A stretch of 61,762 bases of DNA, filler included, from Sphacelaria rigidula (Eukaryota), in the NCBI GenBank assembly GCA_964200075.2. It is 10 parts of 10 records of this genome, joined end to end, with 100 filler letters (N's around TTAATTAATTAA, not from the genome) between each part and the next. Parts side by side here need not be neighbours in the genome. Positions count along the whole stretch, not along the records: positions 30,936 to 37,021 come from CAXNAA020022333.1; positions 37,122 to 43,207 come from CAXNAA020022334.1; positions 43,308 to 49,392 come from CAXNAA020022335.1; 7 more parts are not named here. One strand, written 5' to 3'. A model generated the notes under the pieces. It was not told the origin of the DNA. It worked only from the letters and a program-made list of their open reading frames with translations, and ran no database searches. The first letter of the stretch is position 1; every line of letters starts with the position of its first letter. Position numbers and translations under genes: made by a program. Of this stretch, positions 35,908 through 48,608 are shown one piece after another.

Positions 35908-36776
35908 TAGAGTTGTGAACCGGTTTCGCTAATCAGTTAACTGGTTGCAGAAAATGACAACCAGTTACAGTCACCAGTTGAAACTGGATGACTGGCGGCG
36001 AAGCCGCTCCGCGACTCCGGGAGCGTTGCCTGGTGAGGCAAGGCGGTGAAGTCGCCTAAACGCCCCCCCCCCCCGGCTGGTGAGGGAGCCCCGCTGGAGG
36101 CGCGCCGTCGGAGCGAGGAAAATTATACCATTTGGCTCCACATCTCTTCGAAGTCGCGATAAATTGTAGCTGCCTAGCGCCAGCAATTCGAGTACGTAAT
36201 CAGTGCACAAAAGTATATATGCATGGGAAAAAGAAATATCCCTGAGCTCTGCGACCTGAATTAAAAAACAAAGCGGCGAGCAGTACAATAGTCCACCATA
36301 CACGGCATTCCGCGTGTACCACCCAAGCACCATGAACTACTAGGAGCACGACAACTTGGTAACATTTTGCAGTGTGACTTCATCAGTTCACAACTGATCG
36401 ACAGGAAAAGCACCGCTGCCTGAAGTTGTGGGCTCCTCTATCTCTGACATGTCCTCCTCGCTTCCTTCGTCGCTGCTGCTGCTGCTGCTACTCCTGCTTC
36501 TCATATTAGAGATCATTGTCTGCGATACTCGTGTTCACGTCTAGGTATATGCGTTGTGCGGTCATGTCGTCGCCTCTGTAACAGCATCTCCACGGTCACT
36601 ATAGTGCGACAATACTTCGGAAATATTGATATGAATATGATACATATTTACACAAAACGCTTTGGAGTATGACACATATATCGGGTGAAATAACTGGTGA
36701 CGAAACCGGTCCGTTAACCGGTTGTACCGATTAACTGTGACTGACAGGTTAAACTGGCAGCCAGTTCACAACTCTA
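35908..36776. mobile_element. hAT-type non-autonomous element in a GDI intron
   Basis: TIRs TAGAGTTGTGAAC / GTTCACAACTCTA, subterminal AACCGGT/AACTGGT repeats, and flanks CTTTTCTC and CTACTCTC (6/8). Confidence 0.8.
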
Positions 36777-37797
36777 CTACTCTCTCTTCCCTCTTCGCCC
36801 ATCCCCGCTCCTCGAGTTTCCTTGATGAGTTTTTTATTGCCCATTATTGAGCTCAAAGCATGTATCTATCAAGATGCCAAGAAAAGATGGATCAACTAAT
36901 TATGAATTAACCCTTTGGGAACCCTCCCCTCCCGTCTCCGGGCCAGACGCCTCATTATGAGAAGCCCTGACGAAGAAGAAAATATAGAAACAGAAAAGAC
37001 CGACGGAAACCATTTTCACTGNNNNNNNNNNNNNNNNNNNNNNNNNNNNNNNNNNNNNNNNNNNNTTAATTAATTAANNNNNNNNNNNNNNNNNNNNNNN
37101 NNNNNNNNNNNNNNNNNNNNNAACTGTCCAACGTCCAAGGCAAGCAACGAATTGGTACCCCCCCCCCCCCCCAAACAGCTGTTAGTAGGTGTTGGTACAT
37201 GACCTAAACGAGAATGTTGACGTGTATTTCATTCCGATTCCGTGGATGCCGATGGTAACGTGTGCGACTTGGCGTTGATACACAAATCGTATTGTAGAAG
37301 ATATAATTACAGTATTCTATTTTCTCGTGGTCTGAAGTACGAATGTCTTGTCTCTCATTTGTCCCTTGTCTACGTGAGTTCTTTGTATTTCTCAACGGAT
37401 ATTCCGAGTGGTTAACTTGTGTTGCGCCCATCTCGCGACCACAAGGGCAGGACTCGTAAGCAGGGAATCAGTCGAAGTTCGGCAAATGAGTGCAATGCAA
37501 TGCAATGTAATACAATCAATCAAATAGATTATATTGGGCATAGCTGCGTCCGGCTACGTGTATACCTCTGTGAACGTTTGGGACTTGAAGCTTCAACGCA
37601 TGAATGCCTTTTGCAGGAAATATCTCACAAAATCTTGGAGGTGAAAAGCGCCTCATCAGGTGGCGAGAAACAAATCAAAATCACCTTTTTTTTCGCATTT
37701 TGAGCAGGAATTAATTTATCCCATGTCAGCCAATGCCCGACCCGAAATCGTTTTCAACCGATGACGGTGAACCCAATGATCGAATTTGATTGATCAG

Positions 37798-40700
37798 GCC
37801 GCGCGCGAAGGATGCACGTTGTGGTTGGTGCCGGTGTCCATAAGCTACGAGAGAGTTCCGGAGCAGGCTGAGCTATCGGAGGAACTGTCGAGCGCTAACG
37901 TCGAGTGCGGCGGGACAACGTCTTCGGCAGGAGGAGCGCGATTACTGGGGCTGCTTCGGTAAGGTCCAGTCTCATGGACGCCAGATGTCACGGATGGGTG
38001 CTAGGTCGCGCCTCTACAAAAAATGTAAAATACATGCTTTGCTTATGTAGAATCTACGAGTTGCAGGCCATCGACGACGCAATACATAGGGTGTTGATCT
38101 TGGGGATGGTGCTGGCAAATAGGGGGAGAGCTAGTCAGTCATATATAGAGTCGGCGCTACCGGTTTGAGGGTCTGCCGATTAAAATCGTTCCGAGAGGAA
38201 GCTTGGCGGTCAAAAGGTCAACATTCGGGAACTGAGTGTTGACTCTTGGCTTTTGGCTGTTGGTTGGTGATTGATGGTGAAGTGTATGTTGCTGCCGTGA
38301 TAAGGAGTCTACCTCAACTTTTTGTGAGTTGCTATGGCACTGTCGTCGAAGATTGCGTCCCCGAACATGCCTCGTCCAGATCTTTCGCAAACAGGCTATT
38401 TTTTCGCAGTGCAGACCTTGTTCATGTTTTTTTTGGCGTACCGGTCGGTCTATGCGCCATACGCTGTGTAGCAACCACGGAGAGCTCGATGCCGTGTCTC
38501 TCGCGAAAGGAAACCGACCACTGCTCAGCCCATTTTACCCAATGTGAGCCTATTTATACGACACCGGCGAAGAATAGGAATACCCCTTAATCGTAGACGT
38601 GGGATTACGGTATGCGCAGGCCACTTGATCACCGTGTTACATGCAGAAACATACGAACACTCGGATAGTTATGTGAGGGAGCTCGCTGCCTGAAGTCAAA
38701 TGAATATCGGGTGAAAACGACGACACCTGGTCGGTGGATAATATATAATATTGTGCCGCTTGTTTGCTTTATGTCGTCCTACGTGTCACCCCCTCCCTTC
38801 TCGGTACTTCTCGGTACGAGTGCGTAGTCTCGAGGGTTGATATCAATCCGTCCCTTCCCCGGTACGGTACGTGCATAACAATTTCGGCATCGCTTGTTGG
38901 ACCAGATTCCCCGACCGCATGGACTTCCGTCAAGTTCCTTTGGTATTCATGTTCGTACCTTTCCGACGACGGAACCCAGATTATGCTGGGAAAACGCCAT
39001 TTTTTCATGGGGACGGGGATTCAAACTAGCGGGTTTACGCGCAACTGGCTATATTGCCGACTGGTGTACAGTACAGCAATAGCTAGACCCCCGCGGTGAA
39101 AGTTGTTGATCTGTTGGTGTCATGATCCAACGAACGATTCCTGAAACTGACGCCTGCTACTGTTTCTTTGTTTGTGCCCACGGTGGTGTGGCAGATGGAC
39201 GTTAAGCGTGCTAGCGGGTAGGGTGCGACTGGGCAGGATGTTCATCCGCGCTGGCAAGCCGGTGGCGCTGTTGCCCGGGGGAGATGTACGAGCGGCCGTG
39301 GCGGAGGTGTGTGTGTTGGTGCATGCTTGGCGCCTCGCCGAGTGCTGGTTCAGAGTTTGGACGCGCATTGCTCAGACCCGCGATCAAGCGCACGCCTGAA
39401 TATTTCGCTTGGACAGTTTGTTGAAGTCAACTTCTCACGTGGCTATTCTGTGTTGTGTTGTGTTGTGTTGTGTTACCCAGAGGTTTTTGGGCATATATAT
39501 ATATATATATATATTCAGTCGTTTTCCATTCCGTTGGGTGTTCTTGGTTACCCTCCCTCGCTTTCCAGCTTGAAAAATACTACACGCGTACGAAAGGGTA
39601 TATGACTCCGTGTATTGTAAATCCAATGCACTATCTTTGAGCGGGCACTGAACTGAATGATCGATCTACCATAGATTATATATCCTGCGGTTCAAGCGCA
39701 CAATTAATCCATCAAGTTGTTCAGTCGTGTATTTTTGGTATCCCTCAGGCAACGTACCAGATCACCCAGGCCAATAAGAGACCCGACTTGGATCATGCCC
39801 CCGGAATGCCATGACCAACCCGTTTAATGAAATCATTGCAAGCGTTTATTTTTAGTGACGTCTCCGGCGGCGTGCCCGCTGGCCGCAGGTTGCAATATAA
39901 ATCGAGGTTGATCCTTCCTATCGCCTCCAGTGCCGTGTGTCGTATGTAATAGGACCTGCAGCAGGGTGTGTACCTTTTACGTAGCACTTTTCCTTGGAGC
40001 GGTACCTTTCGTGTTCCCTTCTTATCATCCAACTATACAGCAGGGTGTGTACCTTTTACGTAGCACTTTTCCTTGGAGCGGTACCTTTCGTGTTCCCTTC
40101 TTATCATCCAACTATACAGCAGAGTGTGTACATCCTACGTAGCACTTTTCCTTGGAGCGGTACCTTTTGTGTTCCCTTCTTATCATCCAACAGATGGTCA
40201 TTTCTGTGGCTGTCGTTCGGTACGTATTTCTGCCAGGATGATCAATGCTTATCGCCTTATTGGCTGATTGCGTTGCCTGTCCTGCCCTTCTTTCCCCCTC
40301 ACGTGTCGATGATTTTTTTGTTTTGCGAAAAATATTGTGCCAGAAAAAGTGCATGGTTTTGGGAGGCAAAATCTTCACTTGAATCGGAATGGGAAAAACT
40401 GATCACAACGAGAAGCTGGGAATTCCCGCGCTTGGATTCGTTCTAGCCGATGTCGCCAGTATGAGGCGCTTCATGCAGCCTGAAGGCGAACGTCAGGCGC
40501 TGTATGGCCATTTTTTTCATGACACTTGGGGGGGGGCTATCTCAGAAAGTGTCGCCTGTATCTTGTGAACCGGGCTGGATTTCTGGCAACATCAGTCTGT
40601 GCACCATGACATATTGGATAATCAACTTACCAGCTGACCGATTAGTCGGTTGGCATATCGTGTGTGTTTGTGTGTGTGGTTGTTTGTTTGTTTGTTTTCC

Positions 40701-40868
40701 TTTTTTCTTCACCAGGTGAGATTGCAACACAGAATGGGTACAGTAATCACCCCGTACCACCTGCGAGCGGCCAGCGCTGAGCTTGGACTACCGGAGACGG
40801 ATGTGCAGACGTGTGTGCGGCAACTGGGTGGTACGGTGTGGGATGAGGGCATTGCCGACGACGATGAG
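37798..40868 (+). CDS. PlsB/GPAT-DHAPAT-like acyltransferase, internal exons 37798-37958, 39195-39306, 40716-40868
   Basis: Three AG/GT-bounded exons with matching phases. Spliced product AAREGCTLWLVPVSISYERVPEQAELSEEL...LLGLLRWTLSVLAGRVRLGRMFIRAGKPVALL...VRLQHRMGTVITPYHL. VPVSISYE.V.E...EL and G...I..G.P..L are acyltransferase block IV region features. Confidence 0.75.
38740..39092 (-). mobile_element. Probable tRNA-derived SINE with TA-rich tail
   Basis: Minus strand carries a B-box-like GTTTGAATCCC (about 39017-39027) and ends in a TATATA stretch near 38740. Confidence 0.4.
39959..40191. repeat. 79-bp tandem repeat, 3 units
   Basis: Units start at 39959, 40038 and 40117 (CAGCAGGGTGTGTACCTTTTACGTAGCAC...). 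Confidence 0.95.
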
Positions 40869-43800
40869 GTAAGTACCGTAGGTGGTGTACGGGGTATAAC
40901 ACCCGGTCGATAAAAACTCACCCTGGGGTGAAAGTATGAAGGAGGCTCCGCACTGCCATAGAAGATCCCGTGTCCCGAAGTATCTCTCGGCGACGTATTC
41001 CCAACGACTCGACGTTTTTGCGGGAAAACCCGAGCAACGTCCATGCGGTGCGGGAGTGCTGATCCGATCGGCGGTATCAAAGTGTGAAGGCATATACTAG
41101 GAGAGGGTGTACTCATGATCTTGCATGCCGTAGCCATAAGACCATTATCTCACATTGCTGCAAAGGCCGGGACGGAGCTCGCCAGATTTTCGCCGGATCC
41201 GGCTCGCAATCACCAAGCCCGAAGCCCCGTAATATGTTTCGTGAGTCGCATGAAGGCCAAGTTGCACCCGGCTTAGATTGTTCGGTCCAAAGCGTACTGA
41301 TTACATTGCATATAGATGGAAGCCTACAATGAGATGCTTCATTTTCTGGTATCGCCACTTCCAGAGCCATAGATTACACACTGCCCTATTGGTGTCTCAC
41401 CAGGGATCAACCCCGGAGGATACAGACTCACCCCAAGGACGGGGGAGAGCGGGATTTGCTCAGTTGGTAACCTCGGAACCTTCTGACAGTTGAGTCGTGC
41501 GTTCGAATCTCGGTACGGTCATACGATCTGGGATTTTTTCTCACACGATAATAATAACAATGGAGAGCGACTATGTCGTAGGTACACAAAAATCGACGTC
41601 ACGGTCGCCGAGGGAAAGGAACCGCTGAGCCCCTCTCGCGATGAAAAATAAGACAAGCACTGTAGGAGGGAGATGGAGTACGAGAACCATATAAAAACTC
41701 CTGTGTTGGCCTTCCTCCTGCGTGACCCCGGCTGATGTGCCCACATATACCCGAAAGGTGTAGACTGACGTCCAGAATAGATTAAATGCACACCTTGGAC
41801 ATAAGAATACACAGTGAAAAAGTGTACTGCATACAGTATCGAAAATTGCGCCTATTGCAATAGACAATGTATTCCATACTGTACGCAGTACATTTTTTGT
41901 ACAATATAATCTTTTGTCCATGGTGTGATTAAATGACAACACAACAACACACACACACACACCTACATCCAGTAGCACGTCAAGATTTTACGTTGTATCT
42001 TGATTGTTTGTACACGATACGGCCGGGGAAGAAATGAGTGGATTGAACCCTCCTAAGATATAACGTGAAGATATATCGGACTCGTCCCCAGGCGAGACTT
42101 GGGGCAAGGGGTGAAAGCACAAAAGTGACAAAGATGCCTCTGCAGTGAAGATCCAGGTCGACAACTATTTCGGTTGTGAAAGGCTTGGAACGCGCAAAGA
42201 AGAGGAGTACGTAATTGTGGCGTGGAAGCACGAGATTAATAGGCACCGTGATCGGCTATTGCAAAATTAGATGATTCGCTACGAATCCGGTCGAGGTTCA
42301 AAGGCGGACATTCGTGCCGAACGTATATGTGTCGTAACGCTGGCTAGGGGGAACGTGACGGGGGGCAAAGGTGGAGAAGATAGGGGAGAAGAATAAGGAA
42401 TGAGAGTACGAGAGACAGCAGAATTTCGAAACACAAACGTAGAAAAACGAGGAATAAGTCACGCCTAAATGTACTGTAGCATCGGTCTCGAGGAGAAGGC
42501 GGACAGGCCCCCGCCGCATGATTATAGGTGAGGAATGAGGCTACGACTCATGTACGCAGTCTTTGCTGCTCCATGACAAGCTATGTTCCGCTGTCGGTCA
42601 CCCACGATTGAAAAAATCGTTGTTCGTTAAGGACATACGCATCGTGATTCGGTACTGGGAACTCTTGTCCCGGCATCGTCAACCACCCTCTTATCCAGTA
42701 TTGTTTGCTCTCGTCGAGCCGCCCGTTCTTGAACATGTTTTCGGTGGCAATGTTCACCTTGGCCACATGTAAATTTTGACCACGGCTGAATTATGATTCG
42801 TAGAGGATGACTTACTATGATGGAATGTGTGATGTTAATTCGCGGCAACGAACCGCATCAATTGCACATGCTTTGGACGAGGAAGATTAAAAGCGAAGAT
42901 CCGTTGCATTGCTCTAGTGGATGACACTCTTCGGTCGTTCGTAAGTTATGGGAAGCAGAAAGGACAACAGTTGACCCCCTCCTTCCCCTCCACACGCTCC
43001 GTGTTTGGTGATGAACTGCGAGTGTGGTCTGGCGAAAACCCGGCGTGCTCCGTCCTGGCGTTGTAGGGATGTGAGGTCAAAGGTCTTGTAGTTACTGCAT
43101 GTAGAATCATGAGTACCCCCCCCCCCCCCCACGAAGCAAACCACTCTATGGGGTTCCCCTATCCACGATACTCAGGACAATCACAGCCCGGCAATCAAGA
43201 CTTAAGCNNNNNNNNNNNNNNNNNNNNNNNNNNNNNNNNNNNNNNNNNNNNTTAATTAATTAANNNNNNNNNNNNNNNNNNNNNNNNNNNNNNNNNNNNN
43301 NNNNNNNAGCACACACGGAATGAAAAATTGGCCAAGTTCAAGCGAATGATCAAGGCCACTCTCAATCCGCACCCCACTCTCAATCTCACGAAAACCTTGT
43401 TATAAGTAGCACTACCGGTGAGCAGTGTCACAGAGTTCGGCATGGCTCAGACATGGTTCATCGCCAGCTTTAATAGGGGGCCAAGATCGGGGGAGATGGG
43501 GGACTGTCCCGATCTGAGCAGCAAGGCAATAAACCAAAAGTCAACGTTCAGCAAATCAGTGACTCGATCTGGTTTTCGAACAGCTAAATTAGCCGAAAAA
43601 CATTGCCCAACGAAGGGGGGTCTGAATATCGGCACAGGGCCCACAGATAGGGAGGGGGCAATAATTTAGACTGGCACGATTTTTCCAGTAGGCCTGCGAC
43701 AAGGCGGTGCTTTCGACAAAAATGACCACAGCCGCCAACAGCCTAAGCCACTACATTCGCATGATCATGCTTTGTAGCGCAGCAGTACACTACACAAGTC

Positions 43801-44178
43801 TTTCCAAGGACACGGCCCGTTATGCGCGACCGAGCATGAGGAAAAGACAACAACTTCGAAACTTGATCTCGAAAATCTACAGCACATGGTGCACAAGAGA
43901 ACGGATTGCGAGCTTAATGAATGTGGCGAAGCCGTTATGAATCTTGAGTGCTTCTGACGACGGACCTTAAGCTGATGCTGAAATTATTTCCTAGGTCCCT
44001 GTTGGACAAGCATCAATAATCTAGTCTGGGGAGTACGATGCCGTCCCTCTAGAGGGAACCTTATTCCGCGGGGGTGTTATACACCGTCATCTGTCCGGTA
44101 CCACCTACAGAAACAGAGGTGATTGCGGTACACTACAGGACAGCAGTACGGTACAGTAAAGCTCTACAGTCACGGTAC

Positions 44179-44379
44179 CTTGACACGAACAATACTGATG
44201 CCAGGACTCCGGGCTAGTCCTTTCCGATAAGACCCCTTTCCTTGCTTTCCACTTCCGCTGCCGCTCCACCGCCTCGAGGTGCTGACAGCGATGGCCGCAG
44301 CCGTCGCGAACCCGGCAACACACACCACAACAAGCGACATTTGGTCGCCGCTGAACACACTCATCCATTTGTCGACCAT
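44179..44379 (-). CDS. First coding exon of an unknown protein with an N-terminal membrane anchor
   Basis: ATG...GTCAAG|GTACCG, 67 codons. Hydrophobic stretch SLVVVCVAGFATAAAIAVS followed by basic residues. Confidence 0.55.
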
Positions 44380-45407
44380 TTCCGGTCCTTGTGCTTCTGC
44401 TTGTTTCTCTGATGCTCGTTGATGAACTTTTCACTGCTGTAGCTGGAACTCAAGCGAATCGGTTAAGAGTGCATTGTCAAGCCAGTATCAATACACTTGG
44501 GCTTGGCTAGTCGATACAGGTGGGCAGCAGCACACAGCAGCAAAAATAAGTTTTGCTCGTCGAAGGTTCAATCACCCAGACCCGAGGTCATGAAGGAACT
44601 GGGCTGGAAAAAGCTCAGCCGCCGCATTTCTCAACGACGAAACTTCAGTTCTAATTTTTATCGTATATCAACTTCTGCAAGTGTGATCAAAATATCTCCC
44701 ACAAACAACCACAGCAAACACCCTACGAGATAAGAGTACTCGTACTTCTTTTATTAGTATAGAGTTTATGATGTACATTCGAAACAAGTAGGTACGACTG
44801 ACGGGAACGTACTGATTGGGCAAAATGGAAAAAGAGCCGCCCGTGTTTCAGGAAATAGAGCCATCGACTCGCGTCTGTCTGTGTATCGATTCTAGCAGGA
44901 ACGGAGCGGTGCTAGACGACAGCGACACGGAGAACAACGCAAGGGTTAGAGCCCATCACGAAGGATTTTCCCATCATCATATCTCTGAGGTAGACGTTGA
45001 TGGCAGGGAGAGTGGCTAAGAGATGAGCCCGGCTCTAGTCCCAATTGGTTTCGCGACGAAGAAATCAGATCGTTTTTCGGCAACACGAAAGAAAATCAAA
45101 AACGGCACATCAAGAAACGTGGCACACCGCTTGTAATTGTAGACTCAACGTGGATAGGTCACTCGGCGTCCTAGGACTCCTGTACACACTTGAGGTTCGT
45201 GATACCTATTCGAGGGAGGCTGCCCAGACATGACAAGGGTGTCTCGGTGGATGCACAGTACGGTACGGTAGTCAGTGTAGGCTGTACAGTCTATGATACA
45301 AACCTGGCTTGTGTGTCGTGTGTGTGTGTGTTCTTTACACTCTTGTCTTGGCGCGCACCGACTCTATATTTTCTGATCTACTTGCAGACAAATACAGTCC
45401 GACTTGC

Positions 45408-45821
45408 ATGGAAAGCCAGCGTGCTGCTTCTTGTCTTGACCCCCTCCTCGTGTCTTCCACGTCCAAACCAACAAGGTACGGGACGAGAGCTATGAGTCTT
45501 CCTGGTATCCGATTAGAAGTACTAGAGAGTGAGAATACCGGCGGCGGTGACGGCGGCGGTGGCGAAACACACGTCACCGGATTGTCTGAAAATGCCATGA
45601 GCACTTCCCACCAGCAGCATCATAAGCTTTCGGCAGATAAAGCCGGCGTGGATCACAACATAAACAGTATCGTGGGCGCCACACATGCGCAACAACTGCT
45701 CGAGGGTAGCGAAGACAGTGGTACGGCTACAAACGTTGCCGCGAGCGATCGCATGCAGAGGAACAAGCCAGTGAAATGGAGCGTGGAGGAGGATCGGCGG
45801 TTGCGAGACGCTGTCAGTAAG
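45408..45821 (+). CDS. Myb-domain transcription factor, exon ending within the first Myb repeat
   Basis: Acceptor CAG at 45385-45387, open frame ending KPVKWSVEEDRRLRDAVSK|GTGTGT. W..EED..L..AV is Myb helix 1. Confidence 0.8.
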
Positions 45822-47759
45822 GTGTGTCTTGACCTTTGTTTGGATTTCACTCTGTTATCCCGAACGAACTCGGTATAGATCATGAGTGTGGTGAAGTAAT
45901 TTATACGTGAAACAAGAGAAACATAGGAGGACTGGAAAATATATATACAGTTTTTTTGGGGCTAGGCATGGACCACGCACACACAAGTGAAACCCCGTGC
46001 GGATGTGAGTGACTTGTTTGGACGTTCCTCCAACCGGGCGGCCGCAAGACTACCGTCGAGTATCTTGTCACGCTTTGGGGCCGTCAAACAGCTGTATCCT
46101 TCAGCAACAAACCTCTGTGAAAAATATGTCCTGACCGCGCACGAGGCTTGGTACTCGAATGACTCCCAAGCAGACGGGCGCATGCACCCTCTTCTACAGC
46201 TTTTGCTTGGCCCAATAACCGCTCGTCCGCGCTGACTCTATATGTGTAATCAAGTCCATTTTTTCTTTACACGAGTGTAGAATGTATGTCTCGAATTTTG
46301 TATACAAGCCGTATGTGCAAGTACCGTGAGGGCACCGCTGTCGTTCGATGCCACACCACTTACATACGTCGCGGCAGTGGTGTGTGACTGTCCTCTGTAT
46401 ACAGCATACGACGGCCAAGCCACTTACCGATAGTAACGTTGGAGAACTGTCTGCAGGCTGTGGGTTCTTGTTGTGCTCCCCGTCAGCGTCATGCTGCTGC
46501 GCTACAGCAGCACGCCGCAGCAGCACGGATGTTGTGAGTGTCTCTACAAAAAGTCCGTACAAACTATTCACGAAAAAGAGCGGTACGATCAAGGTACAAC
46601 TTGTGTTTTTTCCCGTTTCTCTCCCTCAAATGAATTCACCTTTGTGTGCCCCACGATTGACAGATGATCATCACCTGCAAACGCACAAGACCCCCTCTTC
46701 GAAATCCTGACACTTATTGCGCGGATTCGTTTTTACGGTGTACCTTGTGCCAGCTCTTCAGCACTCTTGAAACAAGCCACGGTACACACTGCACTCCGAT
46801 GCCCCCTCCCCGCTCCCCCCCCCCGTACCCTGTCCCGTGCACACTATTACTGTCCGGTGGTGCTATGTTGTATCGCCATCACTCGGCAAGGCGTGTCCCG
46901 TATTGGGGGGTACTTGTTGGCCCGCACTTCCGTGTGTTTTCTCTTCTGGTGCAACGAACGATTACTACGTTGTGGTATATCACAGTCTGTACAACAATAC
47001 TTTGTTGGATAATTTGATTTATTTTCTTGTGGAGAAACTTATACGGAAAGGCGGAGACTGGCGTCCAAAATAGATGGGATGGCTACACGCCAACAATAAA
47101 CAACAGTGGAAAGATGGAGAGTCAGTTCTCGTGTATGATATCACAGAACACTGTTGTTTTGTTGGCGATTCGGAGCCGAATTTTGCCCGATCTAGAGAGC
47201 TTGGCGGATTATACCTTATCGTGGAGATATACTGGGCTATGGCTACAACAGTACGGTACAGTGATATTTTCCGAGGCGATCACGCGATCACGGTTATCAT
47301 CATCGAAGGAAGGAGTATCGCCTCATGAGGATTCGAGGGAGTTTATGTTCATAGCGCACCTCGGTCAGTTTTGGTACACATAGTTGAGTTTTCGTCTAGA
47401 CTGCCACAGCAGTCATTAAAGCTTGGAAGTGGTTTGTCGAACAGTTAACCAGTGGAATGGTCACGCGTAGCGCAACTATTAACCTGTCAAATGGTACATA
47501 ATGGTTCAGTCGTTGAGCGGCGCAGCCCCGAGCCAAGAAGCTCCCCCCCGACAGGGGCCCCGCTGGAGGCGGCGTGCCGGAGGCATGTTTTTTCGCTATT
47601 TGGCTTGTCATACGAGCTAAAAATACGTCAAATTTGGGCCGATTTTCAAGGACTTCATGTAGCTTACGTAGCCGGCAACGGCTTTCAAAGCTGGTGATGG
47701 TAAATAATGGTTTGAAACCATCATCGAAATTTTTCATATAACCATTACCATTATTAGAG

Positions 47760-48608
47760 CGTCTTGTATGGCAACAAATCCGTATTTGTACAAAAATGAG
47801 GATTTCAGTCCGTGTACATCCGATTTTCTTCCATGGGTTGATTTTTCGGACCCCAGTCCGTTGGGAAAAGGTTTTTGTCTACAGTAGTGGGCGGTCTAAC
47901 TATTCATTTTCTGGCATTATGTGACTTTTTCGTAATTGGCAATTTTCTCGGACTCTTTTCGCTTGACATCGTTAATCACATCGAGGATCTGAAGATATTT
48001 GTATTCGCTCCGCATTTCAAGAGGAGAAAAACATCTGTACCCAACATTGAGTGACTTACGGGCTGATCGCTCATCGGGGATCCTGCCACGTTTCAGCCCA
48101 GATTACCACTCTTTTGTATTCTCGGTCGATCGAGCCTGTCCCGATCATGTTTGTCAAGAAATGTACAGCTTTATTTTCCGAAATTCTGCCTACTCATTGC
48201 ACTAGGGCCGAAAAGCTGTGTTTCACGGTCAATAACACCCTCCTGATGAACGGGGTATCTACTCGTTTCGCCCTATCACACCAACTGGCACTGACTTGGG
48301 CACTATGTTCCGAGGATGATCTGTTCATTGTACCAAAATCTGCCGACGCTAGCAATTTCTAGTTCTATCGAAGAGGAGTACGCGAGGAAATGCCCAAAAC
48401 ACCCCTAAATAGTGAGACCGCCCACTACTGTAGCTCTGAGGAAACCAGATAAATTCTCCGATTATCTAGACGCTGACTCTTGGTGCATCACCTTTCGGCT
48501 CAGGTGCGGGACGGGAGTCCGAAAAATCAGTTCACGGGAGAAAATCGGATGTACACGGACTGAAATCCTCATTTTTGTAAAAATACGGATTGGTTGCCAT
48601 ACAAGACG
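47760..48608. mobile_element. MITE with about 95-bp TIRs
   Basis: CGTCTTGTATGGCAAC..ATCCGTATTT.TACAAAAATGAGGATTTCAGTCCGTGTACATCCGATTTT is mirrored at about 48515-48608. Confidence 0.85.

Noticed and set aside
41370..41405. Hammerhead ribozyme at the far end of family A
   Set aside because: CTGGTGAG-ACAC...GTGT resembles the core plus stem II, but CUGANGA and GAAA are not conserved across the three copies. A consensus-level covariance search would be needed.
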